64,000 bases of DNA from Fidelibacterota bacterium UBA2242 (GCA_002347855.1 DDYE01000017.1:188839-252838); one strand, 5' to 3'; counted from the first letter of the stretch, positions 39,247-50,568 are shown. The notes: generated by a model not told the origin, from the letters alone. Program-made: numbers and translations.

Positions 39247-39349
39247 GCTGGTTGCATAATATTTGAAATAGTGATAGCTTTAAAGGCGCGTTGAGAAATC
39301 GTGAAGGTGCTATCAAGCGGGCTATTATATAATTGAAGATCAAAATGCG

Positions 39350-40909
39350 ATGAAAGAATTTATTCTCACCAATGCTGAAGCGACTGCGGTTGACCGTTAC
39401 GCTATTGAGACAACCGGTATTCCGGGAATAGAGCTTATGGGCAAAGCAGGTCATTTTATCGCTTTGCGCGCTAAAAAAATGCTCAAAGATGTTCCCAATA
39501 GCCGTGTTGATATTTTCTGTGGAACTGGCAATAATGGTGGTGATGGTTTTGCGGCTGCTCTGGATTTATTTGACTGGGGTGCTAATACCGTTGTCTGGTT
39601 AGTAGGTGAGCAGGAGCGCATAAAAGGCGATGCCCGTCACTATTTTGACCAGTGTGTGGCTAAAAATATTCCTATACGTGCCATTACAGAACAGGCCGGT
39701 ATATCACCAGAACTGCGGCAGGTGAGTGAGACTGATTTGATTATTGATGCGCTCTTGGGTACCGGATTCCGCGGGACTATCCATGGTATATTGAGCGAGG
39801 TAATCAAATTAATCAATAATTCCCGGCAGCCCGTTATCGCTGTCGATATTCCTTCGGGAGTAGACGGTGATACGGGGCAGGTCAAGAGCGTAGCGGTACA
39901 GGCTACCGTGACGGTCACGATGGGTTTTTTAAAGCGTGGGTTGCTCTTTTATCCTGGCAAACATCTGGCGGGTGAAATTGTCGTAGTGGATTTAGATTAT
40001 CCTGCCAAGGCGTTTAATACTCTGACTCAAGAGACTTTTTTAATTAGTAAAGCAGATGTCAAGCGGGTCATACCACCGGTCATGGAGGATACCTATAAAC
40101 ATCGCCAGGGGAAGATCCTGATTTTTGCAGGTTCGGTGGGTATGACAGGCGCAGCCTGTCTCTGTGCACAGGCGGCTATGCGCACGGGCGCTGGTTTGGT
40201 AGTCGCTGCCATTCCTCGCAGTCTTTATCCTATCATTGCTGCGAAATTGACGGAGGTTCTGGCGTTGCCGGTGAGTGAAAGTGCCGAACAGACCTTTTGC
40301 CCAGAAGCCATAAGCGAAGCAACTGGCAGGATTGATTGGAGTGATATAGTAGTTTTTGGTCCAGGTGTCGGTGCGCATCCTGCTGTGATGGCGTTTGGAC
40401 AGGAATTAATCAAAATATGTCCGAAACCTCTCATCATAGATGCCGATGGTTTGCGCATATTCAAAGGTCAGTTGGATTTAATCCGGAGAATACCTGATGC
40501 GATATTAACCCCGCACCACGGCGAGTTTGCTCTCATGACTGGTTGGGCAACAGATGATATTCGGAGCAATCCCATAGATTGGGCACGCCAGTTTGTTCAG
40601 GACTATCCCTGCACCTTAGTATTAAAAGGCGCCCCGACGATAGTAGTTTCTCGTCATGGACAGGTGGCGGTGAATCCCAGTGGTAATCCAGGCTTGAGTA
40701 CTGGTGGTACCGGCGATGTCCTGACCGGTATCATTGCAACTTTCCGTGCGCAAGGTATGGGTTCTTTTGAGGCGGCTTATGCGGGTGTGGCGATTCATGG
40801 TCTGGCCGGCGATTGGGCGCGTAAAAAGTTGGGTGTTCGCTCGCTAATAGCCAGCGATTTATTCGATTATTTGCCCTTAATTTTACGGCGAATTGAGAAG
40901 GTAATATGA
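39350..40909 (+). CDS. nnr: bifunctional NAD(P)H-hydrate repair enzyme (epimerase/dehydratase)
   Basis: YjeF-N domain followed by carbohydrate-kinase-like domain (GTGDVLTG). Confidence 0.85.
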   Translation: MKEFILTNAEATAVDRYAIETTGIPGIELMGKAGHFIALRAKKMLKDVPNSRVDIFCGTGNNGGDGFAAALDLFDWGANTVVWLVGEQERIKGDARHYFDQCVAKNIPIRAITEQAGISPELRQVSETDLIIDALLGTGFRGTIHGILSEVIKLINNSRQPVIAVDIPSGVDGDTGQVKSVAVQATVTVTMGFLKRGLLFYPGKHLAGEIVVVDLDYPAKAFNTLTQETFLISKADVKRVIPPVMEDTYKHRQGKILIFAGSVGMTGAACLCAQAAMRTGAGLVVAAIPRSLYPIIAAKLTEVLALPVSESAEQTFCPEAISEATGRIDWSDIVVFGPGVGAHPAVMAFGQELIKICPKPLIIDADGLRIFKGQLDLIRRIPDAILTPHHGEFALMTGWATDDIRSNPIDWARQFVQDYPCTLVLKGAPTIVVSRHGQVAVNPSGNPGLSTGGTGDVLTGIIATFRAQGMGSFEAAYAGVAIHGLAGDWARKKLGVRSLIASDLFDYLPLILRRIEKVI

Positions 40910-41310
40910 AAAAAACTATTTATTATAAGATACCGGCAATTGTCTATGCTCTTTTGATTTTTGGATTATCTTCTATTCCTAAGAGTCGGATGCCGGAAAT
41001 GGCGTTTTGGAATTTTGACAAACTGATTCATATTGTGGAATATGCAGTTTTTGCGCTCTTCCTGATGCTGGCTTTTCGCAGTAGTAACAATGCTAAAATT
41101 ACCGCAGCTGCTCACTACTGGAGCTTAGTGAGTGGTGTGCTGTATGGCATGTCGGACGAATTTCACCAGATGTTCGTACCAGGTAGAACTGCTTCCGTCT
41201 TTGACTTAGGGGCAGATGCTTTAGGGATTTGCCTGGGCATCTGGTTATTTAATCACTTACATATTTTTGCAAAGTTCAGGGAATATGAGTTTAAGCAGAC
41301 TACGGATTGA
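40906..41310 (+). CDS. VanZ family membrane protein
   Basis: small polytopic membrane protein with VanZ-like conservation. Confidence 0.65.
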   Translation: MKKTIYYKIPAIVYALLIFGLSSIPKSRMPEMAFWNFDKLIHIVEYAVFALFLMLAFRSSNNAKITAAAHYWSLVSGVLYGMSDEFHQMFVPGRTASVFDLGADALGICLGIWLFNHLHIFAKFREYEFKQTTD

Positions 41311-42985
41311 AAATTTTGCCATTATTGAGGCGTTAGAGATTGATTTTCGTCCGGGGCTGACTATCCTTACCGGTGAGACTGGTGCCGGGAAGTCTATCAT
41401 TATCGATGCGTTGAATCTGTCATTGGGTGAGAAAGCCAATCCGAATCTAATTCGGGCGGGCGCTGAAGTTGCCTTAGTGCAGTGTGATTTTTCATTGGGA
41501 AATATTGCACCGGTGATCAATGAAATTCTCGAACGGCGTGGTATCCCATCCAAGGGTAAACAGCTGAGTTTGCGGCGTGAACTCGCCCTTACCGGACGTT
41601 CACGGGCCTGGGTGAATGATACGACCTGTCCGCTATCCACTTTGAAAGAAATTGGTAATCTCTTGGTGGATTTGCATGGTCAACACGACCATCAGTCTCT
41701 ATTGAATGAGGAAACACATATCAACTTTTTAGATGCCTATGGTGATTATGGTAATTTGATTCAGAAAGTGGCGCAAGCCTTTAGTCAGGTGGGCTTGTTG
41801 CAGGAAAAACGCGATTTGCTCCGCCAGAAATTGAATATCTTGCGGGAGAAGCGTGAACTATGGACCTTCCAGTTGCAGGAAATCCAGAAAGTTGCTCCAA
41901 AGCCTGATGAATACGAGGATTTATTAGCTGAAAAAACTATTCTCGAAAATGCCGAAAAAATCCACAACCTGGTTACCAGCATCACCGATGAACTGTTCGA
42001 GAAAGAAGATTCGCTCTATCAAAAGGTCTTGAGTGTGAATAAGAACATAGCGTCGCTCAGCCGTTATGCACCTAATTTTAATGAGGATTTGAATAAACTC
42101 AGTGAACATCAGTACTATTATCAGGAATTAGCCAAGCAGCTGGCGCGTTTTGGGAATGATGTGCAATTCAATCCGCTGCGTCTTGAAGCTGTCAATCAGC
42201 GCTTATATGCTCTGCAACAGCTTTTGAAAAAATACGGTCCGACGCTTGGCGAAGTCTTGAAAATGCAGGCAACCCTTATCGAAAATCTCAATCAAGATGA
42301 TGACCTGCAGCTCCAGATTGCACAGGTCGAACGACAATTGGCGGAAAGCATTCAATCGTATTCGCTTCTGGCGCAGCAGCTTTCAGAACAACGCCATGCC
42401 CAGGCGCGACTTTACGAGCAAGAGCTGGAAAAAGTATTGAGCCGTCTGGGAATTCGCGGGGCTACTTTCAGGGTGAAAATTGAGCGTGTGCCTGACCAGC
42501 AGGGTTGGGCAGTCATTGATGGCGTTGCTTATCGAGCCGAAAGTAGTGGACTTGACCGCGTAACTTTCGAAATCAGTACCAATCCGGGCGAACCGCTGCG
42601 ATCGCTGAGTCAGATTGTATCAGGGGGCGAAGTATCACGCATCATGCTGGCAATAAAATCAATTCTGGCGGGACGTGACCAGATTCCAGTGCTCATTTTC
42701 GATGAAATTGATAGTGGTATCTCGGGACAAATCGCTCGTATCGTCGGTGAAGAATTACGAGAACTGGCTAAAGTCCACCAGATTATTTGTATCACGCACC
42801 TGCCTCAAATTGCTGGTCTTGCCCAGGATCATTTGAGTGTCACCAAAGTTAGTTCGGATGGGCGGAGTCACACGGAATTAAAACGTCTGAATCCCGAAGA
42901 ACGGGTTAAGGCTATCGCTCAGCTTATCGGAGGTAAAACCATTACAGAAGCTGCTATGAGACAAGCAAGGGAGTTGATTGAATGA
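41285..42985 (+). CDS. recN: DNA repair protein RecN (ORF begins 41267; likely start MSLSRLRIENF)
   Basis: N-terminal Walker A GETGAGKS, coiled coil, C-terminal signature. Confidence 0.9.
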   Translation: MSLSRLRIENFAIIEALEIDFRPGLTILTGETGAGKSIIIDALNLSLGEKANPNLIRAGAEVALVQCDFSLGNIAPVINEILERRGIPSKGKQLSLRRELALTGRSRAWVNDTTCPLSTLKEIGNLLVDLHGQHDHQSLLNEETHINFLDAYGDYGNLIQKVAQAFSQVGLLQEKRDLLRQKLNILREKRELWTFQLQEIQKVAPKPDEYEDLLAEKTILENAEKIHNLVTSITDELFEKEDSLYQKVLSVNKNIASLSRYAPNFNEDLNKLSEHQYYYQELAKQLARFGNDVQFNPLRLEAVNQRLYALQQLLKKYGPTLGEVLKMQATLIENLNQDDDLQLQIAQVERQLAESIQSYSLLAQQLSEQRHAQARLYEQELEKVLSRLGIRGATFRVKIERVPDQQGWAVIDGVAYRAESSGLDRVTFEISTNPGEPLRSLSQIVSGGEVSRIMLAIKSILAGRDQIPVLIFDEIDSGISGQIARIVGEELRELAKVHQIICITHLPQIAGLAQDHLSVTKVSSDGRSHTELKRLNPEERVKAIAQLIGGKTITEAAMRQARELIE

Positions 42986-43524
42986 ATTCGCCACTCATGG
43001 AAATCATTAAAAAAAGAAGGAGTGTACGACACTTCTTGACCAAACCCGTACCACGGGAATTAATCGAGGAATGTCTGGAAGCAGCACGGTTAGCTCCTTC
43101 AGCTTGTAATGCCCAGCCGTGGCAGTTTATTGTTATTGACGATGAGGCAAAAAAGAACGCTGTCGCGCAGGTCGCTTTTAAGGGCATTTTCGCTTCCAAT
43201 AAATTTGCAGCAGAAGCACCAGTTCTCATAGCAGTCATTAATGACCAGCGCTCTTATTTAGTCAAAGCCGGTGACTTCGTGCGTAACATTAAATATAGCC
43301 TGATTGATATTGGCATCGCCTGTGAACATTTTGTTTTAAGAGCGACGGAGTTGGGGCTCGGCACCTGCTGGTTAGGCTGGTTTAATGCCAGAGGGGTGCG
43401 CAAAACCTTGCATTTGCCGCGGCGCACTAAAATAGATGTTCTGCTTTGTCTTGGTTATCCTGCTCAGGAATACCAACCCGTCACCAAGCGTCGGGCATTG
43501 GACGAAATTTGCCGCTACTTCTAA
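42982..43524 (+). CDS. nitroreductase family protein
   Basis: RRSVRHF N-terminal motif typical of the family. Confidence 0.8.
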   Translation: MNSPLMEIIKKRRSVRHFLTKPVPRELIEECLEAARLAPSACNAQPWQFIVIDDEAKKNAVAQVAFKGIFASNKFAAEAPVLIAVINDQRSYLVKAGDFVRNIKYSLIDIGIACEHFVLRATELGLGTCWLGWFNARGVRKTLHLPRRTKIDVLLCLGYPAQEYQPVTKRRALDEICRYF

Positions 43525-43935
43525 TTCTTTTTAATTTAATCGTGTCAAAATCAGCTTATCGGTGCGGTAAAAAAGTCGTGTATGATACTTTATGAAACGA
43601 ATTGTAAGCGATAGATGCCGATTTTTTTGAGGTTCCAGGTAAACTGCGAAAGAGTGGAGATTACCAGACAGCCCACGGAGCAACTTTTCCACCAATGTCA
43701 CCGCACTGTTTGCCTGTAGCTTGAAATAGGTTGTGACCTTACCATCAATGGTCATATTAGTAGAATTATAGAGTCGTAAAATCCAGTCACTCCGGGCATC
43801 GGTTCAATCAAATTCCTAAGAAAATTGCGCGCGAGTTGTTGAGCAGGCTGATTAGCTTTACCGATACTGAATTCATTGGAAATATGGTGATGGCGCTAGA
43901 TTAGTCTTTAAATTTTCTACTTAGAAGTGTCACTT

Positions 43936-45603
43936 TTATTTAAGAATTAACATTTTGCGAAATTGACGATTTCCGGTCGTTTCCAGGGCATAGAAATAAA
44001 TTCCACTCGGTAAATGGTCAGCTTTCAGGACATACCGATAATCACCCGGCGGGAATTGTTGCGCGTCAATTAGTCGAGCGACAAATTGACCGCTTATATT
44101 GTATAGACTCAAATTCACGATACTGGATTGACTAAGATGAAAATTGATAAATGTTGTAGCATTAAAGGGATTGGGATAGTTCTGCTCAAGGTAAAAACCG
44201 GCTAGCGGGCGGGTCTGGTCGGTTGGTTTGGTCCGTAATACAATCGCGACGCTATCATCGGTGACCAGTTTAATAGCGTCAGCAACAATGTAAGTGCCTT
44301 GCCGGGCAGCATTTGAGATGATAACGGCATGTGCCGGGTCGTAGGAGAAAGTATATTTCCCGATGAAATTCCATTGCGAACCCTTGACGGTTTGGTCTAC
44401 TCTGACCGTGTCAATACCTTTTGCATGACGAATGATAAAAGGAGTGTCGAGACAGCGATTAGAAGCGGCTACCCACCAGGCGTAGAGCTGGCACTCGGTG
44501 GTCTTATCGAGAGTAACATCAAAAATGGCTTGCTTGTCGCCAGTACCCTGCGTGTTTAGCATAGCTTTGGTCGTTCCCCAATAGCCGGGATTAGCGCTGG
44601 GGAACCAATCGTTTCCAATTAAAGTGCAAGCCGAATCGCCCGTATCGATTATCGTCTCAAATTTATTAGAAAGCGGTGAGCGTACGGAGTCGCGATTCAC
44701 AATTGCCAGAATGGTTGGAATTTTACGATATTCTGAGGGATGATTAATATAAGTACTGCCAATTGTCATCTGAGTCGAACCGCCACCATCGAGATTCATG
44801 GCGTCGCTGCAACCTAAATTGAGCAAAATCTGAGCAAGTTCGGTAAGACTCACGCCCTGACTGTTTGTCTGACGACCATCGGCGGTCAGCAAAATTACAT
44901 GCTTATTGGTAGTAAATCCAACCGCAGTGCGTGGATCATTGTTATCCAAACCAACTCCTGAGCCCCACATAATCTCTTCGTTGTAGGTCAGATTGATTTG
45001 CCCATTCTTTAACAAAGTAGGGGCGCCACCGATACCAACTAACAAGTTAGTCAAAGGCGTACCCTGTTCGGGAGTAGGAGTTGGTTTGGGGTTAGGGTCA
45101 TTATAGCTGTAGGGAAGTGGAGCATTAAAGCGATAAATGCTCTGAGCCGTGCTGCCAAAATGATAAATCCAGTTGAGAGATGGATTAAAATTACGATCTA
45201 AGCTGAAGAAACTGCGAATGACAGGATAGGTCAGGCTATTTCGCGTGACTGTAGCAACATTCTGGGCTTTGAGCAAGTCGGGGTAAAGGACGGCGGAATA
45301 GGAAGTGCTACCACCGAAAAAACCACCATTCACGGCGGCAAAAGCACCAAATTGAACGGTTAATGCAGGTAAAATATCTGGAGTGGTGGTAATATAGGGA
45401 CGCACGGCGATGTTCGACTGATTCAAATCCACATCGAAATAAAAAATATTGAGGGCAGGGCTGACACGAGTCCCTTGAAATAACCGAACTCCCGCCGGGA
45501 GTGAATATTGATTCGTAATTTCTGACCAGGAGATATCGCTCTGCGCTGGTAGAATTACCACTAAACAGAGAGAAAGGAAAGCGATTTTTAAATAAGCCTT
45601 CAT
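43936..45603 (-). CDS. phosphodiester glycosidase family protein with T9SS C-terminal sorting domain (ORF extends to 45702)
   Basis: NLDGGGST motif; C-terminal YLEQNYPNPFNATTFINF...IYFYAL CTD; signal peptide at the second Met. Confidence 0.7.
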   Translation of the reverse strand: MKAYLKIAFLSLCLVVILPAQSDISWSEITNQYSLPAGVRLFQGTRVSPALNIFYFDVDLNQSNIAVRPYITTTPDILPALTVQFGAFAAVNGGFFGGSTSYSAVLYPDLLKAQNVATVTRNSLTYPVIRSFFSLDRNFNPSLNWIYHFGSTAQSIYRFNAPLPYSYNDPNPKPTPTPEQGTPLTNLLVGIGGAPTLLKNGQINLTYNEEIMWGSGVGLDNNDPRTAVGFTTNKHVILLTADGRQTNSQGVSLTELAQILLNLGCSDAMNLDGGGSTQMTIGSTYINHPSEYRKIPTILAIVNRDSVRSPLSNKFETIIDTGDSACTLIGNDWFPSANPGYWGTTKAMLNTQGTGDKQAIFDVTLDKTTECQLYAWWVAASNRCLDTPFIIRHAKGIDTVRVDQTVKGSQWNFIGKYTFSYDPAHAVIISNAARQGTYIVADAIKLVTDDSVAIVLRTKPTDQTRPLAGFYLEQNYPNPFNATTFINFHLSQSSIVNLSLYNISGQFVARLIDAQQFPPGDYRYVLKADHLPSGIYFYALETTGNRQFRKMLILK

Positions 45604-45616
45604 AACCAATCTTAAA

Positions 45617-48025
45617 TTAAAAGCCACACTGATAAATCGAGAAGCTAAGTGCTGGTAGTTGGACACTGAATCCGTTTTCCAGCAGGCGAGGTGGTTCAGC
45701 ATTTAAGAGTGGTGCTATTCTCTTAATTTTAAGCCAGAGCGGAAATGGAATAAATTGAGACACAGGCACGGTACTTTTATTCAAAACGATTATAAAGCGT
45801 TCCCGAACATCGCCGCGGGTAAAAGCCCAGAGGTTTTTATCAACATACAGGGTGCGGTAATCACCGCGCCGCAGGGCGGTATGTTTTTGGCGCAGTTTGA
45901 GTAAGGCGCTGACACGTGCGAGTTGTTGCTTTTCGAGGGGCTGGAGTTGCTCGCCGAATCGCATCATGCGTCGATTATCCGGGTCGTTTGCCCCGGTCAT
46001 GCCGAATTCGTCGCCATAGTCAATAATAGGTACGCCGGGGACGGTCAGTAGATAGCCAAGGTAGAGGTACTCTTTCTGATAAGCGTTAGGATTATCCACC
46101 GATATGGGATTATCACGCCAGGCGGCGGCTGTTCCATCTGAGGAAAGGGTCAGGTCGCCATCGAAGAAAGCCATCATGCGAACCTGGTCGTGGCTATCCA
46201 TGATGTTGCCCATTAGATTGTTATAGCCATAGACCTCAAAAGATTTCCTGAGAGTAGCTTCCAGTTCGCGGAAGTCACCGCGTTCTTCGACGAAAGTGCG
46301 GCGAGCAATGAAAAATTGGATAAAATTGAATTGAGACTCGAGAAGTCCGTTATTGACATAGGATTTTATCAGTTGATGACTACCGTAGCACTCGCCAATT
46401 TGATAAATATTGAGGGGACGATGAGGATTGACCTTATTTTTAATTTTGCGGTTGAGAGTTTTCCAGAATTCATAGGGTACATGTTTGGTTGCGTCGTGGC
46501 GGAAGCCATCGAGATTAGCTTTTTTAAGCCACCAGATAGCGTTATTCGTCATAGTTTCGAGCGCCGCTCGGGAATTTTGATAATCGAAGGAAGGCAAAAA
46601 AGTATCAAACCAGGTGGTAAGACGATACTCATCCCAGCGACGAATATTGAGAGTGCCATCGGGCAATTCGACTTTTCCGTACCAATCGCGATGCTTTTGA
46701 TAGTAGGTATGCTCGATGTGGGTATGATTAGATACGAAATCGAGCAGGACCTTGATATTATGGCGATGAGCCAGTGCTACCAATTTTTTAAATTCATCGA
46801 AGCTACCGAAACGCGGCTCGGTTTCTCTAGCTGAGACTGGCCAGTAGCCGTGGTAGCCAGTAAAAAAGCGATGTGGTTCAGGCCATTCCTGATAGGCTTT
46901 ATTAGTCGTTTTGTTGACGGGTGAAATCCAGAGAGTGTTAATTCCCAGGCTGTCGAAATAGCCTGCATTGATTACCTGTTTTAATCCGGCAAAGTCGCCG
47001 CCCTGAAAATTAGCCCGCATATCGAGTTGAGAATGCTGAACCGGCTGATCGTTGTCGGGATTACCATTTTTAAAGCGATCAATCATAAGAGCATAGATAA
47101 CAGCGTCGTTCCAGATAAAGGTGCTATTGGGCAGAGGCGTACCGTTTTTCAGCCAGAGAGTAACGATATTACCGGGTTGTTTGTGGTACAATGCCACGAT
47201 GCGTAAGACCTGGATGGCACGTTTCTGACGCAGTGGTTTTAAATCAATATCGAGGGTCTGATTATGGTAATGATAGTAAGCGGGATTATATAGCTGATTA
47301 TCGCACAAGACGATAATCTCCATCTGGGTCGAGTCGCCTAACAACTCGACTGCCAGAGAGACTGTATCCGATCTTGTCATGGGATTAAAATAAACACCCG
47401 TGATTTGATTGGCATAGGGTGATTCTACTCTTTTGACGGAATTGAAGTAACCGAAGCCATTATCAACTTTTTCAGGATTCTGCGGGTCGTAAATTTCGGC
47501 TTTGTCTACTACGAATTGGTACTCGTAAATACCATCATCCAGCAGCACTTCACGGGTGAAAGTGCCATCGCCGTCTTCGTCCGCCATTGGCAAAGAGGAA
47601 CGATTCCAGTCGTTAAAATTGCCCATAAGGAAAATCGCTTGTGGCTTCTTTGGTGGTTTGTAGGAGAAAGTAACCGGAATTTTGGCTTTTACAATGACAG
47701 GCAAGATCAACTCTTGCGATTGATTGCTGAATTGAAGCAGACTCAAACCAGAAAAATTAGCATTAGGGGTCAGGATTATTTTAGCGGAGTCCGGCTGATA
47801 AACTACCTGGATGTCGGGATTGGGACGAAAAGTCGGTCTGTATTTGCGAGCAGAGAAAATTTCGTTGATAGAAAAGGAAGTACTTTTACCGGCTTCGATC
47901 TGCAGGAATTCAATTAATTCCGGTGGTTTTGTACTTTGATAGGAGCGCCAGCAAGTTTGGAATAGGAATAAAGGCAGTAAAAATGTTAGAATAAGACCTA
48001 CGAGAGAGATGTGTTTCACTGACAT
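45617..48025 (-). CDS. GH13 alpha-amylase family glycoside hydrolase, secreted
   Basis: GH13 region II DGFRHDATKH; signal peptide. Confidence 0.85.
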   Translation of the reverse strand: MSVKHISLVGLILTFLLPLFLFQTCWRSYQSTKPPELIEFLQIEAGKSTSFSINEIFSARKYRPTFRPNPDIQVVYQPDSAKIILTPNANFSGLSLLQFSNQSQELILPVIVKAKIPVTFSYKPPKKPQAIFLMGNFNDWNRSSLPMADEDGDGTFTREVLLDDGIYEYQFVVDKAEIYDPQNPEKVDNGFGYFNSVKRVESPYANQITGVYFNPMTRSDTVSLAVELLGDSTQMEIIVLCDNQLYNPAYYHYHNQTLDIDLKPLRQKRAIQVLRIVALYHKQPGNIVTLWLKNGTPLPNSTFIWNDAVIYALMIDRFKNGNPDNDQPVQHSQLDMRANFQGGDFAGLKQVINAGYFDSLGINTLWISPVNKTTNKAYQEWPEPHRFFTGYHGYWPVSARETEPRFGSFDEFKKLVALAHRHNIKVLLDFVSNHTHIEHTYYQKHRDWYGKVELPDGTLNIRRWDEYRLTTWFDTFLPSFDYQNSRAALETMTNNAIWWLKKANLDGFRHDATKHVPYEFWKTLNRKIKNKVNPHRPLNIYQIGECYGSHQLIKSYVNNGLLESQFNFIQFFIARRTFVEERGDFRELEATLRKSFEVYGYNNLMGNIMDSHDQVRMMAFFDGDLTLSSDGTAAAWRDNPISVDNPNAYQKEYLYLGYLLTVPGVPIIDYGDEFGMTGANDPDNRRMMRFGEQLQPLEKQQLARVSALLKLRQKHTALRRGDYRTLYVDKNLWAFTRGDVRERFIIVLNKSTVPVSQFIPFPLWLKIKRIAPLLNAEPPRLLENGFSVQLPALSFSIYQCGF

Positions 48026-48042
48026 TTTTTCTCCTATAAAAG

Positions 48043-50568
48043 TTAGAGACGATACATTAGCAGTGCGGAAAATGGCTTGACTTCGACACTGGTGCTGTTA
48101 ATAGGTGCAATTATATCGGTGCCGGCCCGGCTATGGTCCACAACCAGAATCCACTTCGCTTTAGGAATAGAGAATTTTTCGGGGTAGGCGTGAGGATTAA
48201 CCAGAATCAGGACTTCTCGCCAGGAGTCATTCGTTCTGCCGCGTTGGAGACGGTAAGCGATGCAATCGAGCGGGACGCGGAAGCCGAGGTCATCCAGGAA
48301 GGTTAGATTTGCGCGGATTTCGTCGGCGGTCGTCAGACGGAACATGGGATGTTCTTTGCGAATTTGAATCAAGCCTCGATAATATTGAAAAATGTCATAG
48401 TTTTCAAGTTTGAAATCCCAGCGAATTTTATTGATTTTGTCCGGTTGATTATAGCTATTGTGTGAGCCGAATTTGGTTCGTAAAAATTCCTCGCCGCCTT
48501 GCATAAAAGGAATGCCCTGCGAAGTAAAAATGAGAAAAGCCGCCAGCTTATCCATGGCTTTGAGTTCGGTATCGGTGTGCGTTTTCAATCCTTCAGTCGA
48601 AGCCACCAGTTGATCCCAGAGAGTTCTGCCATCGTGGCAGGAGACATAATTAATGACTTCGGTAGGAGCTGCGGCAAAATCGGTAATGCTTCCCATGATA
48701 CCCTTTTTGACCGCGGCGGCATTCTTGCCAGTCTGAACATAGCCGGGTTCGGTATTATACCATGGACCTTTCAAGGCATCACGAAAATTATCGTTAAACA
48801 CCGCAAAGCCTCGTTTGCGCTGGACACCTTTTACAATCGGCGTGATGGGAGTTTCGCCGGCCGTCCATGGCTCGCCGTAAAGGAAAATGTCGGGACGAAT
48901 AGCGCGCAAGGATTTCACAATAGTTTGCATTGTTTCAAGGTCAATCAGCCCCATTAAATCGAAACGAAAGCCATCAATTTTATAGGTTTCGACCCAGTAG
49001 CGGAGTGATTCCACGATGAAACGCCGCACCATCGGATTTTCGCTACGAACTTCGTTTCCGCAGCCGGAACCGTTCCAGTAGCTACCATCAATTTTCTGGC
49101 GGTAATAGAAACTGGGAATAAAGCCGTTGAAGTTATAGCATACCTCGGGATTGGTCTCAGCAGTGTGATTATAGACTACGTCCATGATTACCTTGATGCC
49201 CCGCCGATGTAATCTATCAACCAATTGTTTGACTTCCCGCACGCGCGAAGCATCGTTTTCGTTGCTGGTATACCAACCATCAGGCGAATTGAAATTGACG
49301 GTCATATAACCCCAAAAATAGCTGTTAGTGCGGTTATCGTGTTCAAAATCCTGAATAGGTAAGAGCTGTACAGTGTTTATTCCCAGCTCAACCAGATGGT
49401 CGAGGCCGGTAGCGAGGTTGGTTCCCGGTAATTTCGTACCCTCTTCTACAAAGCCGAGATATTTGCCTTTTTGTTGTACGCCAGAATTTTCACTAATGGT
49501 GAAATCACGGATATGCATTTCATAAATAATGGCATCCTGAATGGGAAAATCAGGCGGGTCAGCAACCGGCGTATTGTCTGAAAAAATCAGGGCGCGTCCG
49601 TCATGAGTTGTGACGCAACGGGCATACGGGTCAATGATTTCCTTATATGGTTTGTAGCGTGGGTCGCGGCCTACCACACTGTAAAGGTAATACTTGCCCA
49701 ATAAGTCACCATTGACCGTCAATTCCCATAAGCCGCCTTTTTGAGGCAGCATTTCGTAATTCTGCGATTGCCCGCCTTGTGGTGAATCATAGAGTTTTAG
49801 GGTAACAGCCTTAGCGGCAGGAGCATAAACCGTGAAGCGCGTTGCCTGCGGTGAATATTGTGCACCCAAAACCGCGTCGGTATAAAATTCGGGTTGGTCT
49901 AAAATTCCCCGCAGGTAAAGCGCACAACTGCCAAAATTTCTGGTTTCGATATTAGCAGGTAATTGTTCCACGGTGATAGGAGATGTTAGTTTGATTTTCG
50001 CAAGCGCAGAAATGGTGGTGGAGTCGGGATAAAGTGACGCGGTAGAAAGTTTTATGCTTTTGCCGTTGTTCAGGACTAATCGAAGGGACTCGGTTTTCAC
50101 TTCGATTGGAGTAAGTTTGCTTGAGAAGACTAAGGTAATTTCCTGAGGACTGTCCAAGAATGCACGGCGTAAGACAGGTCGAGTATCAGGTGGCGACGAA
50201 TAGAGCGTAGCGTCGCCTTCTAGGAGCCAGATTTCGTCCGGCAAATTGGGGCTCCAATAACGATTGGGGTCATCTTTTTTTCCCCAATTTTTATACTTTG
50301 GTAATAATCCCAGATTATCCAGGTGGGAGTACCGCTCCAGGTTGACTTTAAAGACCAGGCCAAAAGAGTCAAGTGAAGCGGGAAAAATTTCTGCAGTATT
50401 TGTTCCCGCCCAGGTCCATAGCGTCCAATTATCGTAACGCGAGTCATAGCGATGATAATGAATTGTCAATATTGGCATATTAACGGACACATCTCCCATC
50501 AGGCAGGTAATTGGGAAAAATAAAAGCCAGCAGGTAAATCTCTTGGCAAGCCATTGCGATATTTGCAT
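48043..50568 (-). CDS. GH13 pullulanase/debranching-type glycoside hydrolase
   Basis: VVYNHT (region I), DGFRFDLMG (region II), N-terminal CBM-like extension. Confidence 0.75.
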   Translation of the reverse strand: MQISQWLAKRFTCWLLFFPITCLMGDVSVNMPILTIHYHRYDSRYDNWTLWTWAGTNTAEIFPASLDSFGLVFKVNLERYSHLDNLGLLPKYKNWGKKDDPNRYWSPNLPDEIWLLEGDATLYSSPPDTRPVLRRAFLDSPQEITLVFSSKLTPIEVKTESLRLVLNNGKSIKLSTASLYPDSTTISALAKIKLTSPITVEQLPANIETRNFGSCALYLRGILDQPEFYTDAVLGAQYSPQATRFTVYAPAAKAVTLKLYDSPQGGQSQNYEMLPQKGGLWELTVNGDLLGKYYLYSVVGRDPRYKPYKEIIDPYARCVTTHDGRALIFSDNTPVADPPDFPIQDAIIYEMHIRDFTISENSGVQQKGKYLGFVEEGTKLPGTNLATGLDHLVELGINTVQLLPIQDFEHDNRTNSYFWGYMTVNFNSPDGWYTSNENDASRVREVKQLVDRLHRRGIKVIMDVVYNHTAETNPEVCYNFNGFIPSFYYRQKIDGSYWNGSGCGNEVRSENPMVRRFIVESLRYWVETYKIDGFRFDLMGLIDLETMQTIVKSLRAIRPDIFLYGEPWTAGETPITPIVKGVQRKRGFAVFNDNFRDALKGPWYNTEPGYVQTGKNAAAVKKGIMGSITDFAAAPTEVINYVSCHDGRTLWDQLVASTEGLKTHTDTELKAMDKLAAFLIFTSQGIPFMQGGEEFLRTKFGSHNSYNQPDKINKIRWDFKLENYDIFQYYRGLIQIRKEHPMFRLTTADEIRANLTFLDDLGFRVPLDCIAYRLQRGRTNDSWREVLILVNPHAYPEKFSIPKAKWILVVDHSRAGTDIIAPINSTSVEVKPFSALLMYRL

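Noticed and set aside
43531-43755. 74-aa minus-strand ORF in the 410-bp intergenic region after the nitroreductase gene
   Set aside because: No recognisable motifs, no obvious RBS, and no structured-RNA signatures seen; left unannotated
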